Of a DNA stretch of 64,000 nucleotides, positions 39,601-54,820 are shown piece by piece; within the stretch, counting starts at the first letter, position 1; every line of letters begins with the position of its first letter. The notes under the pieces are model-generated. The model saw nothing but the letters and a program-made list of their open reading frames with translations, made no database searches and was not told where the DNA came from. Made by a program: the position numbers and the translations under genes. Source of the stretch: Tubulanus polymorphus (lineage: Eukaryota; Animalia; Nemertea); assembly GCF_964204645.1 (NCBI RefSeq), contig NC_134028.1, positions 27,152,345-27,216,344 of the forward strand, given 5' to 3'.

Positions 39601-42600
39601 CCAAACCCGAGGAACTTAATGTTGTAAGGGAGGGGGACGTATATGGAGGGTTCACCCGAACAAAGGAAATAAGCCCGAACCAAACCTTCACACTCACAAA
39701 ATGTCGCGAGAAAGGCAAACACAAACCAAGGACAAGAATGATGGCTGAGATCAAAACAATTAATGCTATTGATGTTGCTTCACCAATTCAACATGACGTC
39801 ACTCAATGAAACCATTGTGGACTATTTCAATACTCTCTACTAGAGGTTTCATATAAGCAAGTAGTTTATGGAATCCTATTCATAAAAGTTATTAATCAAT
39901 GTTTTTAAACTGCTGATGCAAAATATATACGTCATAAATAATCTGTTTGATTGTCTTTTCAAGTTAACACTTAAACCCAGTGGAACGAACTCCAGCCATT
40001 TTTCCTTCATTTGCCATTTTTCGTTTTTACTCTTTTCTCTGACTTTTAGCACTTGAGTCGAGGTAGGAATAGACCCCTGCCCACTCGCTAAGCGTGCAGG
40101 ACACTTAACCTTCGAATTGCTCTCGGACCCTTCTCTTTATATTTTATCTTTTTTGAGTCGAGGTAGGAATAGACCCCTGCCCGCCCTCTAAGCGTGCAGG
40201 ACACTAAACCTTCGAATTGCTCTCGGACCCCACTCTTTATATCAGCATTTCATGCTGTTTTATTTTATTCACGCATTCGCTTTACATTTTTTCATATGGC
40301 TTTTCCTTATTTGTCGTCTCACTAAAATTCTCATCCGTTCCGACTGGGATCAAGTTTAATCTTTTAGAGACAAACAGCAAAAGGTTGTGTTAGTTGCACC
40401 AGCAGCAACACTGATACAGATGAATCTTTCATTAACTACGTCATTTGTTCCATTCTCAAATATTGAGTCATGAAGGCAACAGAAATAACTTTAAAAAATG
40501 TTAAATCTTTCATTTATGGCCTTGGTTTAGTGACCTAAGCGTCAAAGTTTGGTTCATAGCCCAGGTTTGGTGACCAAAGAGTCAAAGTTTGGTTCATAGC
40601 CCAGGTTTGGTGACCAAAGAGTCAAAAGTTTGGTTCATAGCCCTGTTTTGGTGACCAAAGTGTCAAAGTTTGGTCTATGGTTCTGATTTGGTGACCAAAG
40701 AGTTAAAGTTTGGTTCATAGCCCTGTTTTGGTGACCAAAGAGTCAAAGTTTGGTCTATGGTTCTGATTTGGTGACCACGGAGGGTAAATATAGCTCATGA
40801 GCGTTGCATATGTTGAATAGGGGAATTGGACTAAACACTCATCACTAGAATAAAGTGAAGAATTATGTTCACACTGAATGGGCTCAAAATCTTGTACTAA
40901 TTGATAAAGTCTGAAATAATTCTGACTAATTTGAGTCTATCGGAAAATGATGCATTGATCGAAGTCTAAAAGCTATAAACTGACAAATTGATCGAGCACT
41001 GATAATATTTAAATAACAGCGGAGGATGAAATAACTTTCATAAACTGATATGATCGTGAAAAATGGCAAAATACACTAGATACACCTCCCCCACGCTTTA
41101 TCAGAGTCTCATTGTAGTAGGAAGATTGCCGTAGCCTAACTGTAAAAACTACAACTACATCTGGTTGAATATCATTTGTTTTTACGGCTTTTAAATTCAG
41201 TAAAATATTTCCTAATATAAGTATAATTAGTTCGCAGCCCCTTAAATTCTGTCTAGGATAGAATTATAAGTCACAGGTAGAAATAGAATATTATCCTATT
41301 CTAAAATGAATATAACAATAGAACAATAGTCTACCCTCCGTGTCAATCTTTGTCCCACCTAAAAATTGTACAGTTTATTTCAGAAAATGTGTCCCATCTT
41401 TTTGAAAAGGAGATAACTAATTATTAAGGATATCTATGAATAGTGATATACTGTGCCATGAAGGCAAATGAAGAAGTGTGTCAATAAAAGTGATTACAAA
41501 ACATATCACTTATTCTAATGAGTTCTATACTCTTCTTCCAAAAATGAAGAGTAGGTCTCTGTCTAAGAATCTGCAGAAAAAAGAGGAGGCAGCAATGAAT
41601 GTGACTGCATCTCGACTCTCATCAACAATTTTCTAAGTCGTCCTATACAGTTCTTCATTTTAGAACCAGTATTTACAGCCGTTTCTAAAATAGCACAGAA
41701 GAAAATACATCTTTCAGCTGGAAATGTATCAGTAAACCCCAAATTCAGAAATCTGGGGGCAATTATCTCATAACGATTGAGAGAAGTGACAGTGAAATAA
41801 CGTGCGCACTCACCGGGGATCAAACCCGGGTCTCATAGAAATAACAACCAGTAAAATAGAACGAGTCCAATTGGCCGATGCTTATACAGCTTACTGTAAC
41901 ATGACAAGTTGCAGTCACACATGTTGCGGCCACATGACGTGTTTCATAATGATTAATCCTTTCTTAGAATAATAAAAAGATGGGACACATTTTCTGAAAT
42001 ATCCTGAATTTCGAGACTAAAACTACGACTAAACCACCTGTACCTGTACCAAAACCCTCACCCTATATCCCTCCCTCCAAAGTCCTACCACCACCCCTAC
42101 ATCCCTCCCACCCTCCCTCACCCCTTCCCTCCCGGACCCTTTCCCTCCCGCCCTCCCTCACCCCTTCCCTCCCGCCCTCCCTCACCCCTTACCTCCCGCC
42201 CTCCCTCACCCCATACCTCCCCCAAACCTACCCGCCCTCCCTTAACCCTGTGGTTAGGTGAGATGAATGTTCTGATGTTTTAGTTAGACGGATGGGAATC
42301 TAATGAAGATGAGAGAACATTAAATCACTGTTCAATCACAGGATGAAGTAATGCAGTGATCTGTATCTCAGTATCTGTACACAATGTTACATGTATCTGT
42401 AACTGTACAATCAGTATGAAATAAGTACAGCAGTTTAATCTATAGAAATTCTAACTCTTAAGATACACATGATCTGATTGTCACGAAGGAACATGATTGA
42501 TAACAGTTGTATTATTGACATCAGGAACCAGTTTCATATTGATTAGAAATAACATTTGAGTTGACCACAATTTAGAAAACCTGTAAACCCGCACAGAAAT

Positions 42601-43204
42601 AACAATCCCAATCATGAACTGATTATAGTCAAATATTCACCAAAAGAAATTTGAAATGATTGAATAAATGCAACAGGTTTCTGAGATTTCATTTCAAAAC
42701 ATGGTTTATAACAAACAATATAAAATTGGTCCCTAAAAATCAATTCAACAACCGATAAATAAAGATTAATGTTACTTATCTTGAATTTCCACATAGGTTA
42801 TAGTGATTCCTGATGTCATGCTGAATCCAAGAATGATTCCCGATGTCCGGCGCGAAACCAAAAAAGTCTGATTGTGAAACACTGATTCCTTGTTGTCATG
42901 TGCTGAATCTAAGAGTGATTCTTGTTTTCCTGTGCTGAATCAAAATTCCTGTTGAACATGTTGAAGTGATACCTATAATAGACAAATCTAAGATTGTTTT
43001 CTTTCCTCAGAAATAACTGCAGAAATATCAAATCTAGAATTCAAACTTACAAATTAGATTGTTCGCTCCAATCTGCAGTTCATTTATTCACGGGGTTTTT
43101 CTATCCACAGTTTAGGTTTTGCATCTAGAGTTGAACATGAAATATAAACAAAAAGGTAATGAAAAAATGAACAGTTTAAATATTATCTGTTTCTGAAACC
43201 AATG

Positions 43205-43247
<43 letters not shown>

Positions 43248-44003
43248 ATATCACAGTCGAATGGAGGCAAGTAGAGGCATCAATCCTCCCGCGGCAGGAA
43301 CTCAAACCTCATGGCATCCAGATTGCCACGGTACGAAACCCTGCCACACTAGACCGAGTGCGCAGCAGCTACACGCGCAGCTTAGATGATGTCATTAATA
43401 GCCAATCAGATATTACGTTTCATTTTAGCCCAGGTTTTGCCATTTATAGTTCTTCAAGTTTTCGTGCTGCAAAGCTGCGCATGTACCTGCGCACCCGGTC
43501 TAGTGTGGCAGGGGTTCGTGCTGTGGCTGAGTGTAGCGAGCGATGTCATCAGGTTGGAATCCCTCCCATGGGAGGATGTTGGTTGGTGTCCGACACGTTT
43601 GGACTGTGTGTGGTGGTGATTAGGCCTAATATCGGTTTAGCGACGGATGAAATAAACTTACACTGTTTTCACTATTTGATGTAATCAGTCGATGGAATCA
43701 TTTTAGAACAAATTCATCACAAAACAGCGAGGTGAAGCCCATCGTGGTCTAGATATATCGGGATGGAATGACGTCGATATGCTCGACTGAGCGCCACCAG
43801 TCCACAAGTGCACCGTTTATAGGATGTACCTCTGAAATAATTTGATTTCCCACAATATCTGAGATGGAATATTTTTCGCCATTTAAACCAATGTTACAAA
43901 CACTTACCAAATATTGAAATACTGATTTCAGGGGTCGGGAAGGAGGGTGGCAATGTTTAGGTGAGGTTTTTGCTAAATTTCGTGTTATGGTAAAGCACGC
44001 CAT
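36640..44003 (-). pseudogene. Multi-exon gene relic, unit 3 copy
   Basis: Colinear with unit 1. Confidence 0.45.
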
Positions 44004-44829
44004 TTTGATATTGCGTCATAGTGTACCTCAGATTGGGATTCCCGCCGCTAGACTGGTCACCGCAACCTGCATTCGCAAGTAGAAATGGCAACCAGTCTAT
44101 TGCAGGTCTCGGCTTCGTTTCGATTATATTGGATTTTTATATTCTACGCATCAAATAATTTATTCTAATGAAACCCACGCTCTTGGATCAAAGGCCCGTG
44201 GATTACTACTTTAGTTCACAGAAATTCCGCTATCGTTATTCATAGGGGCAGCACTGAACGGTTGTTATCTGATGCAGTCTTGCTATTTTACTGTGGCATG
44301 TGAGGAATACAGATTTTTCTTAAGTCAAATTTCATTCATCACTCAACACTAGTTTGTTAGAAATTAATAACTCTACCAACATTAGAGCTTTATATAAGGA
44401 GAGTGAATGGTATGATAGAATCTCCCTAATTCCGATCATTGGGACCAACAAAATTCATCCGTTTTACGGCAAATCCGGATTAAAAGTCATTTTCGTGTAT
44501 ATTAATGATTAAATTGACTGTAAATATTATCCGGATTAGACCAAAATTCGGATTAAGCCGATGCGGATTAAACGATTTAGTTTGATAGAATCAGTCTTGG
44601 AATACAGAAAGACGTTCACGATTGAGTTATGTACAAATACCGATATGAGAAAAGCTTAGATTCACCTCCTTAGCCATCACCCATGGAAATGGCCCCAGGG
44701 CACTAAAAATGCAATTACCAAGAAACAACCACTGACGCGAGTGTTGGCCTGTTTGATGAACGCAGTAACCCTAGTGTTGGCCTTGTACCACACTGACCAC
44801 ACGTATTCACAAACTTAGTCAGCTACCAG

Positions 44830-44902
44830 AACTCAGCGGTCTAGTGGTTGGCGTGCTCGGCTGGCATGCTGGAGTTCGCAGGTTCGAGTCCTGCTAGGGT
44901 TA
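44830..44902 (+). pseudogene. tRNA-like sequence, unit 4 copy
   Basis: Same sequence as 12713-12785. Confidence 0.65.
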
Positions 44903-47119
44903 GGGTTACGGTTGATCTAGGGTTAGGGTTAGTGCCTCAGGTTGGGGCTAATTTTTGGCCCAGCGAGGTATTTGTAGTACGATGATCATCTGTTTGACTC
45001 GGGTTATTTTTTGGTCAATAGATTCTATACTAACTCATATATTTTGAACACAAATATTCGCTTTATCCTTAGAAGCCACTTTATTTAAAAGATACTTCGC
45101 TCAATAGAGTACGTAGTTTATTTCTGAATGAATGAAAGAGTTGGTGACATTATTCAATATATATATATATAAACCACAATATCTACTTTACGGTTGGTAT
45201 GCAACAATTTCCACTCTTTTCCATATAGGTGTCGCTTTGGATAAATGTCTATATCTCTTGACCCAATGGACCGATTACGATTAAACTTGATACACAGGAA
45301 CTTTTATCAAGTAGCACTCGGGGTGGGTGAAATCGCTCTAGGTTGAAGTTACACTGTCCTAAAATGGCTCCAAACAACGTGAAATTGGTAGTTAGGCCTA
45401 CTTCGAGTACGGGTAGAACACAGTTTGAAATCGTATCGTTGTAGGTTATCGTAAAGAAGATGAATCCGTAGGCACCTAATACGACGATTAACAGTACAAA
45501 TATCGATATAGACACGCGGTTTTAGTCGAGACATTGATCGCCGGGTTTAAACATTCCTGGATATGACCATGTTTCACAATTAAATTCATCTTCTAAATGA
45601 GGACGACCATCGATCACGTGTCTAATCGCATCATAATGGGTACGGGGTGTCCCGCGTTCGAACCAAGTAATTACTGATACTGGTTCAGAGTGGTCTTGAT
45701 ACTGAATAGAGGATGTACAGGGGTATCCCGAGTTCGAACCCAGTAATTACTGATACTGATTCAGAGAGGTCCTGATGCTGATTTGATGATGTACAGGGGT
45801 GTCCCGGGTTCGAACTCAGTAGTGGTCCAAGTTGTCCTGATGCTGAATGGAGGATGTACAGGGTTGTCCCGGGTTCGAGAATCAGTAATTACTGATACTG
45901 ATTCACAGTGGTCCTGATGCTGATTTGATGATGTACAGGGGTGTCCCGGGTTCGAACTCAGTAGTGGTCCAAGTTGTCCTGATGCTGAATGGAGGATGTA
46001 CAGGGGTGTCCCGACCGTACGGTGCTGCCGCTATGCTCATCGTTAGCGGGATTTCCATACACTAACTGAAGTCAACTCTGGCAATCGTCGTGCTGTCCAG
46101 TTATACTCCGTAACCCTTGCTTGCCAGAGTTGACTAACGTTAGTGTATGAAAATCCCGCTACCGATGAGCATAGAGGCAGCACCGCACGGTAAAATGTTG
46201 ATATCTTAACAAAAGTAATTACTGATAACTGATTGGTCCTGATGCTGAATGGAGGATGTTCAGGGGTATCCCGGGTTTCGAACCCAGTAATTACCGATAC
46301 TGGTTCAGAGTGGTCTTGATACTGAATAGAGGATGTACAGGGGTGTCCTGGGTTCGACCCCGCCACGAAAAATGATTAAATAACGCACACACGACTTACA
46401 GCAACATTTATCTATATGTATTCCTCATTGACATGTAACACACCAGGACCCAGTTCCACAGTTGTGAGTTTGGGGTAACCCATTGAAAATGAAATAACTT
46501 TCTGCTGGCGTCTGTAATCACAACTAAAACAACAGAGAAAATTCATCTTTATTTCAAATAAAACAGAACAACAGTTCACACGAAATATTATAGTCCCATG
46601 ATAAAGAAAACCTCGATATTTCAACTTTATGGTTTCATTGATTGAGTGACTTGTCAAAACATGTCCATATTACATCATTATACAATATGTGTATCATACA
46701 ATTTTTTTTACAAAACCAGACCAATAAAACTGGGTCGTTGGGTACAAACAATTACAAACTAATGCAGTTACATGGAATTTGTAAATTAAACCAGTTATCG
46801 CTGCTTTACAGCTACATTTAATCTTCAATTTCAGTTTTCACTAAAACTTTAACACCCACTATATAGAAACTTAATAGAAGTAAAAGACACAACATTTTGG
46901 AGTCTCTGTAGAGACCATCATCAAGTCTGAAGAATAACTAACACAGGGAAAAACAAGTTAATTAGGAAAGTAAAGCGAGTGTTCAGTGCTAAGGTCGAGA
47001 GGTTTTGTTATTTTGTTCGTATAGGTTGTTCTAGTTATTTCTTCATTATACTTTTATTATTTTGATTCTGATTCTTGATAAATGAATTTTGCCTTTTAAA
47101 TTTGCATATAACAGGGTTT

Positions 47120-50100
47120 AAATCATATATTCCATGCCCGAGTCAGGCTATCATTCTATTAGCAAAAATGACACCACAGCTTTGAGAGACGAATCAGGGG
47201 ATGACTCGATTGTTTTTATGGATATGTGATACACAGTCTATCAAACCATCATAAACAGAACAACAGTAGGCTGCCCATGCCGGTCGGCACATATGAACAA
47301 TATTCATTTGGCTTTAAACTTAAAAATTGCAGATCTGAAATAAGTGGCAGCATATCAATCTCCAGGTAGATGGCTGGTTCCTGTCCCTGTCAAATGGCAA
47401 ATTGGTCCCGATCCCAACTTCGTCCTAGAATAGAGAAAACTTGCGTCAGCAATTATTACATAGAAAATGTTCAATTGAATTAACAGTTAAGTGGGAATTG
47501 TTTTCATGACATAATTCGGTAACTAGAATTTATAATTACCTTATAATTCAAGATAATTCAACACCATTATTCAATCTTTGATCACTTTTCAAACTGTTCT
47601 GTTGGACAAATTTCATGCTGCAAAAAATCATCATACTATGAAAAAGTAACGTATTTATAGCAGTCTGAAATTGGGGCTAAATTCTATTAGAAAATCAATC
47701 ATTTTCAAACTTGTGTTGAGCAGAATTAAGCAGCATCAGCTGCAGCAGCATCAGCCGCACTTCTTTCCGGAGAATCACACATAAAAATTCTGTACAGAAT
47801 AATTAAATGTTAGAATATTATGAAATTAGAGCACAGTGGAGTGATGAAAGACTCACCATTTCTAAACTCATATCAGATAAATTCAGTGCCATCTAGCAGG
47901 ATTTCACTTCCAACAGTCATAATGTCATGAAGTTAAGAGAACTGATGATTTTCTGAGAAAATAAATTCTTAAAACGATAGCAGCAGCTTCAGCAACTAGA
48001 GCTTCTTTACTCTTTGAAGGTGAATATTTTTATTTTCTCCAGTTCCAAAAAGTGTTAGGCGTATTGCATTCTGGAAAGAGAAAATTATGCCAGAAAATGG
48101 TTAATGAAATAGATAGAAACTGCAACTTGTTTGTGTTCGATTGACAGAAAACCTACCAGGTTAATGAGTAGTTAATCACAATGTGTCGAGTATATGCAGA
48201 TTTCTGAGAGGTTTGATGGTAGCTTTAGACTGCATCCTCTAGTAAAACGTTGATACCTGCCAACATTGACCGATCAAAATATCATTTTCTGGACTTGATT
48301 TGAAGATCACCACAAATTACTGCAATAAATCGATATAAAACTCACCGCTTCTGACTTGTTTGATTTGTGGAGCGCAATGTTAACTGCAAGTTCAGCTTTA
48401 TTTTAGACCCTAGAATACAAAAGTTGTATAATTTTGATGATTCAAACTTTGACCAGAATAGAAGTGATTGAAAATTCGCCTTCACTGATTAATGTAGCTT
48501 CTAATCAGGAAATGAGTTTATAAATGTACAGTCAAACAGAGACTAGAATCTGTAGAGATATTTACCGGTACTGTATTTGTTTTGAGGACTTAAAGCGATG
48601 TCCATCTTAAACAAATGTGAAGTGAATTCCCAATGTTTACTGTTCACAGATTCTATCAAGGGTTCCAGTTATTTCAGCTCCTAAATACAAATTTTAGAAA
48701 TTTTCAGTGAAGCTGTTATGAAATAAGAGCAGTTTCACACCAAATTAAACTAAGCCGTGATCTTTGAGCGGTTGAATGCTGGAAACATGAACAGATCGAA
48801 TAATTTATATAGAACAGTTCTCTAAAAATAATGAATTTCCAAACAGGTTTTACCGGCTGCTGCTGCTGCCGCTGTTGCTGCATGGTGCTGGCACTGCAGG
48901 TACTGCTAGTGCTGCTGTTGCTGCTGCTGCGGTGTGTATCTCATCCTGTAACTGAGAGTAAAACAGTAATTTTTAGTTCAAAAATAATTCAAAATATCAA
49001 CAGAGACTGTGAAGCATTCTGTGGAGAAATTCATTAACAGTTTTGTACTTACCTTTAAATGAGCCTGTTTAAATAGTAAATTATATTGCATTCATTTCAT
49101 TCTGAAAAGAAAAAGAAACAATAATCAGTGACAATAGAGCAGAATGTAACATCTCAAATTATCAATCAATCAGACAGAAACAGTACAGGATTTCTGTGGA
49201 TTAAACTGCTGTACTTATTTCATACTGATTGTACAGTTACAGATACATGTAACATTGTGTACAGATACAGAGTACAGATCACTGCATTACTTCATCCTGT
49301 GATTGAACAGTGATTTAATGTTCTCTCATCTTCATTAGATTCCCATCCGTCGAACTAAAACATCAGAACATTTCAACTCATCTAACCTCCCGACCCAACC
49401 CTCCCAGGCCCCATCCCTCCCGCCCTCCTTCCCTCCCATACCCCTTCAATCCCGCCTCCCGACCCCTTCCCTCCCACCATCCCTCGCCCCTTCCCTCCCG
49501 CCCTCCCGGACCCCTTCCCTCCCGCCCTCCCAAACCCCTTCCCTCCCGCCCTCCCCGACCCCTTCCCTCCCATACCCCTTCCCTCCCGCCCTCCTGGACC
49601 CCTCCCTCAATGCCCTCCCACCTGGCCCTCCCTCAATGCCCTCCCACCTAGCCCTCCCTCAATGCCTCCTCAACTCTCTTGTCTCCTCTTCACACACCAC
49701 ACATCTGTACAATAACTACAAAACGATTTGCCATTTTTCATGATCATATCAATTTCATTTATAAATCAAAATCCTTAATCAATTGCATCATTGATGGGAC
49801 TCACAGATACTTTCTCTACACATTTTGGAGGCATTCAGATGACCTCAAATGATCATATGCCTGGGTTGGTCTTGAAAATCACATGGCTTCATTTTTACAG
49901 ATGATTTCTTTATCAATTTCATCAAATTATTCCTATTATTTCTACTCCCTCTAATAAGTATTCACAATATATCTCAGTTTCACGACAAGTTGCAGCAGTC
50001 GTCTGTAAACAGATTTCATTTCATCAAATGATGCGAGTTTGAGTAGTAGAGGTTTCATCTACAAAACATCAAACCAAACCCGAGGAACTTAATGTTGTAA

Positions 50101-53100
50101 GGGAGGGGGACGTATATGGAGGGTTCACCCGAACAAAGGAAATAAGCCCGAACCAAACCTTCACACTCACAAAATGTCGCGAGAGAGGCAAACACAAACC
50201 AAGGACAAGAATGATGGATGAGATCAAAACAATTAATGCTATTGATGTTGCTTCACCAATTCAACATGACGTCACTAAATGAAACCATTGTGGACTATTT
50301 CAATACTCTCTACTAGAGGTTTCATATAAGCAAGTAGTTTATGGAATCCTATTCATAAAAGTTATTAATCAATGTTTTTAAACTGCTGATGCAAAATATA
50401 TACGTCATTAAATAATCTGTTTGATTGTCTTTTCAAGTTAACACTTAAACCCAGTGGAACGAACTCCAGCCATTTTTCCTTCATTTGCCATTTTTCGTTT
50501 TTACTCTTTTCTCTGACTTTTAGCACTTGAGTCGAGGTAGGAATAGACCCCTGCCCGCCCTCTAAGCGTGCAGGACACTAAACCTTCGAATTGCTCTCGG
50601 ACCCCACTCTTTATATCAGCATTTCATGCTGTTTTATTTTATTCACGCATTCGCTTTACATTTTTTCATATGGCTTTTCCTTATTTGTCGTCTCACTAAA
50701 ATTCTCATCCGTTCTGACTGGGATCAAGTTTAATCTTTTAGAGACAAACAACAAAAGGTTGTGTTAGTTGCACCAGCAGCAACACTGATACAGATGAATC
50801 TTTCATTAACTACGTCATTTGTTCCATTCTCAAATATTGAGTCATGAAGGCAACAGAAATAACTTTAAAAAATGTTAAATCTTTCATTTATGGCCTTGGT
50901 TTAGTGACCTAAGCGTCAAAGTTTGGTTCATAGCCCAGGTTTGGTGACCAAATAGTCAAAGTTTGGTTCATAGCCCAGGTTTGGTGACCAAAGAGTCAAA
51001 AGTTTGGTTCATAGCCCTGTTTTGGTGACCAAAGTGTCAAAGTTTGGTCTATGGTTCTGATTTGGTGACCACGGAGGGTAAATATAGCTCATGAGCGTTG
51101 CATATGTTGAATAGGGGAATTGGACTAAACACTCATCACTAGAATAAAGTGAAGAATTATGTTCACACTGAATGGGCTCAAAATCTTGTACTAATTGATA
51201 AAATCTGAAATAATTCTGACTAATTTGAGTCTATCGGAAAATGATGCATTGATCGAAGTCTAAAAGTTATAAACTGACAAATTGATCGAGCACTGATGAT
51301 ATTTTAAATAACAGCGGAGGATGAAATAACTTTCATAAACTGATATGATCGTGAAAAATGGCAAAATACACTAGATACACCTCCCCCACGCTTTATCAGA
51401 GTCTCATTGTAGTAGGAAGATTGCCGTAGCCTAACTGTAAAAACTACAACTACATCTGGTTGAATATCATTTGTTTTTATGGCTTTTTAAATTCAGTAAA
51501 ATATTTCCTAATATAAGTATAATTAGTTCGCAGCCCCTTAAATTCTGTCTAGGATAGAATTATAAGTCACAGGTAGAAATAGAATATTATCCTATTCTAA
51601 AATGAATATAACAATAGAACAATAGTCTACCCTCCGTGTCAATCTTTGTCCCACCTAAAAATTGTACAGTTTATTTCAGAAAATGTGTCCCATCTTTTTG
51701 AAAAGGATAACTAATTATTAAGGATATCTATGAATAGTGATATACTGTGCCATGAAGGCAAATGAAGAAGTGTGTCAATAAAAGTGATTACAAAACATAT
51801 CACTTATTCTAATGAGTTCTATACTCTTCTTCCAAAAATGAAGAGTAGGTCTCTGTCTAAGAATCTGCAGAAAAAAGAGGAGGCAGCAATGAATGTGACT
51901 GCATCTCGACTCTCGTCAACAATTCTAAGTCGTCCTATACAGTTCTTCATTTTAGAACCAGTATTTACAGCCGTTTCTAAAATAGCACAGAAGAAAATAC
52001 ATCTTTCAGCTGGAAATGTTGATTACAAAACATATCACTTATTCTAATGAGTTCTATACTCTTCTTCCAAAAATGAAGAGTAGGTCTCTGTCTAAGAATC
52101 TGCAGAAAAAAGAGGAGGCAGCAATGAATGTGACTGCATCTCGACTCTCGTCAACAATTCTAAGTCGTCCTATACAGTTCTTCATTTTAGAACCAGTATT
52201 TACAGCCGTTTTTAAAATAGCACAGAAGAAAATACATCTTTCAGCTGGAAATGTATCAGTAAACCCCAAATTCAGAAATCTGGGGGCAATTATCTCATAA
52301 CGATTGAGAGAAGTGACAGTGAAATAACGTGCGCACTCACCGGGGATCAAACCCGGGTCTCATAGAAATAACAACCAGTAAAATAGAACGAGTCCAATTG
52401 GCCGATGCTTATACAGCTTACTGTAACATGACAAGTTGCAGTCACACATGTTGCGGCCACATGACGTGTTTCATAATGATTAATCCTTTCTTAGAATAAT
52501 AAAAAGATGGGACACATTTTCTGAAATATCCTGAATTTCGAGACTAAAACTACGACTAAACCACCTGTACCTGTACCAAAACCCCCACCCTATATCCCTC
52601 CCTCCAAAGTCCTACCACCACCCCTACATCCCTCCCACCCTCCCTCACCCCTTCCCTCCCGGACCCTTTCCCTCCCGCCCTCCCTCACCCCTTCCCTCCC
52701 GCCTCCCTCACCCCTTACCTCCCGCCCTCCCTCACCCCATACCTCCCCCAAACCTACCCGCCCTCCCTTAACCCTGTGGTTAGGTGAGATGAATGTTCTG
52801 ATGTTTTAGTTAGACGGATGGGAATCTAATGAAGATGAGAGAACATTAAATCACTGTTCAATCACAGGATGAAGTAATGCAGTGATCTGTATCTCAGTAT
52901 CTGTACACAATGTTACATGTATCTGTAACTGTACAATCAGTATGAAATAAGTACAGCAGTTTAATCTATAGAAATTCTAACTCTTAAGATACACATGATC
53001 TGATTGTCACGAAGGAACATGATTGATAACAGTTGTATTATTGACATCAGGAACCAGTTTCATATTGATTAGAAATAACATTTGAGTTGACCACAATTTA

Positions 53101-53730
53101 GAAAACCTGTAAACCCGCACAGAAATAACAATCCCAATCATGAACTGATTATAGTCAAATATTCACCAAAAGAAATTTGAAATGATTGAATAAATGCAAC
53201 AGGTTTCTGAGATTTCATTTCAAAACATGGTTTATAACAAACAATATAAAATTGGTCCCTAAAAATCAATTCAACAACCGATAAATAAAGATTAATGTTA
53301 CTTATCTTGAATTTCCACATAGGCTATAGTGATTCCTGATGTCATGCTGAATCCAAGAGTGATTCCCGATGTCCGGCGCGAAACCAAAAAAGTCTGATTG
53401 TGAAACACTGATTCCTTGTTGTCCTGTGCTGAATCTAAGAGTGATTCTTGTTTTCCTGTGCTGAATCAAAATTCCTGTTGAACATGTTGAAGTGATACCT
53501 ATAATAGACAAATCTAAGATTGTTTTCTTTCCTCAGAAATAACTGCAGAAATATCAAATCTAAAATTCAAACTTACAAATTAGATTGTTCACTCCAATCT
53601 GCAGTTCATTTATTCACGGGGTTTTTCTATCCACAGTTTAGGTTTTGCATCTAGAGTTGAACATGAAATATAAACAAAAAGGTAATGAAAAAATGAACAG
53701 TTTAAATATTATCTGTTTCTGAAACCAATG

Positions 53731-53767
<37 letters not shown>

Positions 53768-54523
53768 ATATCACAGTCGAATGGAGGCAAGTAGAGGCAT
53801 CAATCCTCCCGCGGCAGGAACTCAAACCTCATGGCATCCAGATTGCCACGGTACAAAACCCTGCCACACTAGACCGAGTGCGCAGCAGCTACACGCGCAG
53901 CTTAGATGATGTCATTAATAGCCAATCAGATATTACGTTTCATTTTAGCCCAGGTTTTGCCATTTATAGTTCTTCAAGTTTTCGTGCGGCAAAGCTGCGC
54001 ATGTACCTGCGCACCCGGTCTAGTGTGGCAGGGGTTCGTGCTGTGGCTGAGTATAGCGAGCGATGTCATCAGGTTGGAATCCCTCCCATGGGAGGATGTT
54101 GGTTGGTGTCCGACACGTTTGGACTGGGTGTGGTGGTGATTAGGCCTAATATCGGTTTAGCGACGGATGAAATAAACTTACACTGTTTTCACTATTCGAT
54201 GTAATCAGTCGATGGAATCATTTTAGAACAAATTCATCACAAAACAGCGAGGTGAAGCCCATCGTGGTCTAGATATATCGGGATGGAATGACGTCGATAT
54301 GCTCGACTGAGCGCCACCAGTCCACAAGTGCACCGTTTGTAGGATGTACCTCTGAAATAATTTGATTTCCCACAATATCTGAGATGGAATATTTTTCGCC
54401 ATTTAAACCAATGTTACAAACACTTACCAAATATTGAAATACTGATTTCAGGGGCCGGGAAGGAGGGTGGCAATGTTTAGGTGAGGTTTTTGCTAAATTT
54501 CGTGTTATGGTAAAGCACGCCAT
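47120..54523 (-). pseudogene. Multi-exon gene relic, unit 4 copy
   Basis: Colinear with unit 1. Confidence 0.45.
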
Positions 54524-54820
54524 TTTGATATTGCGTCATAGTGTACCTCAGATTGGGATTCCCGCCGCTAGACTGGTCACCGCCACCTGCATTCGCAAGT
54601 AGAAATGGCAACCAGTCTATTGCAGGTCTCGGCTTCTTTTCGATTATATTGGATTTTTATATTCTACGCATCAAAGAATTTATTCTAATGAAACCCACGC
54701 TCTTGGATCAAAGGCCCGTGGATTACTACTTTAGTTCACAGAAATTCCGCTATCGTTATTCATAGGGGCAGCACTGAACGGTTGTTATCTGATGCAGTCT
54801 TGCTATTTTACTGTGGCATG

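Larger units (their letters stand above)
33814..44300. repeat. Macrosatellite unit 3 (10,487 bp), variant lacking the GGG-ended MITE
   Basis: Colinear copy with an alternative segment at ~35760-36030. Confidence 0.96.
44301..54820. repeat. Macrosatellite unit 4 (10,520 bp)
   Basis: Colinear copy; left part like unit 3, right part like unit 1; private 235-bp duplication. Confidence 0.96.
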
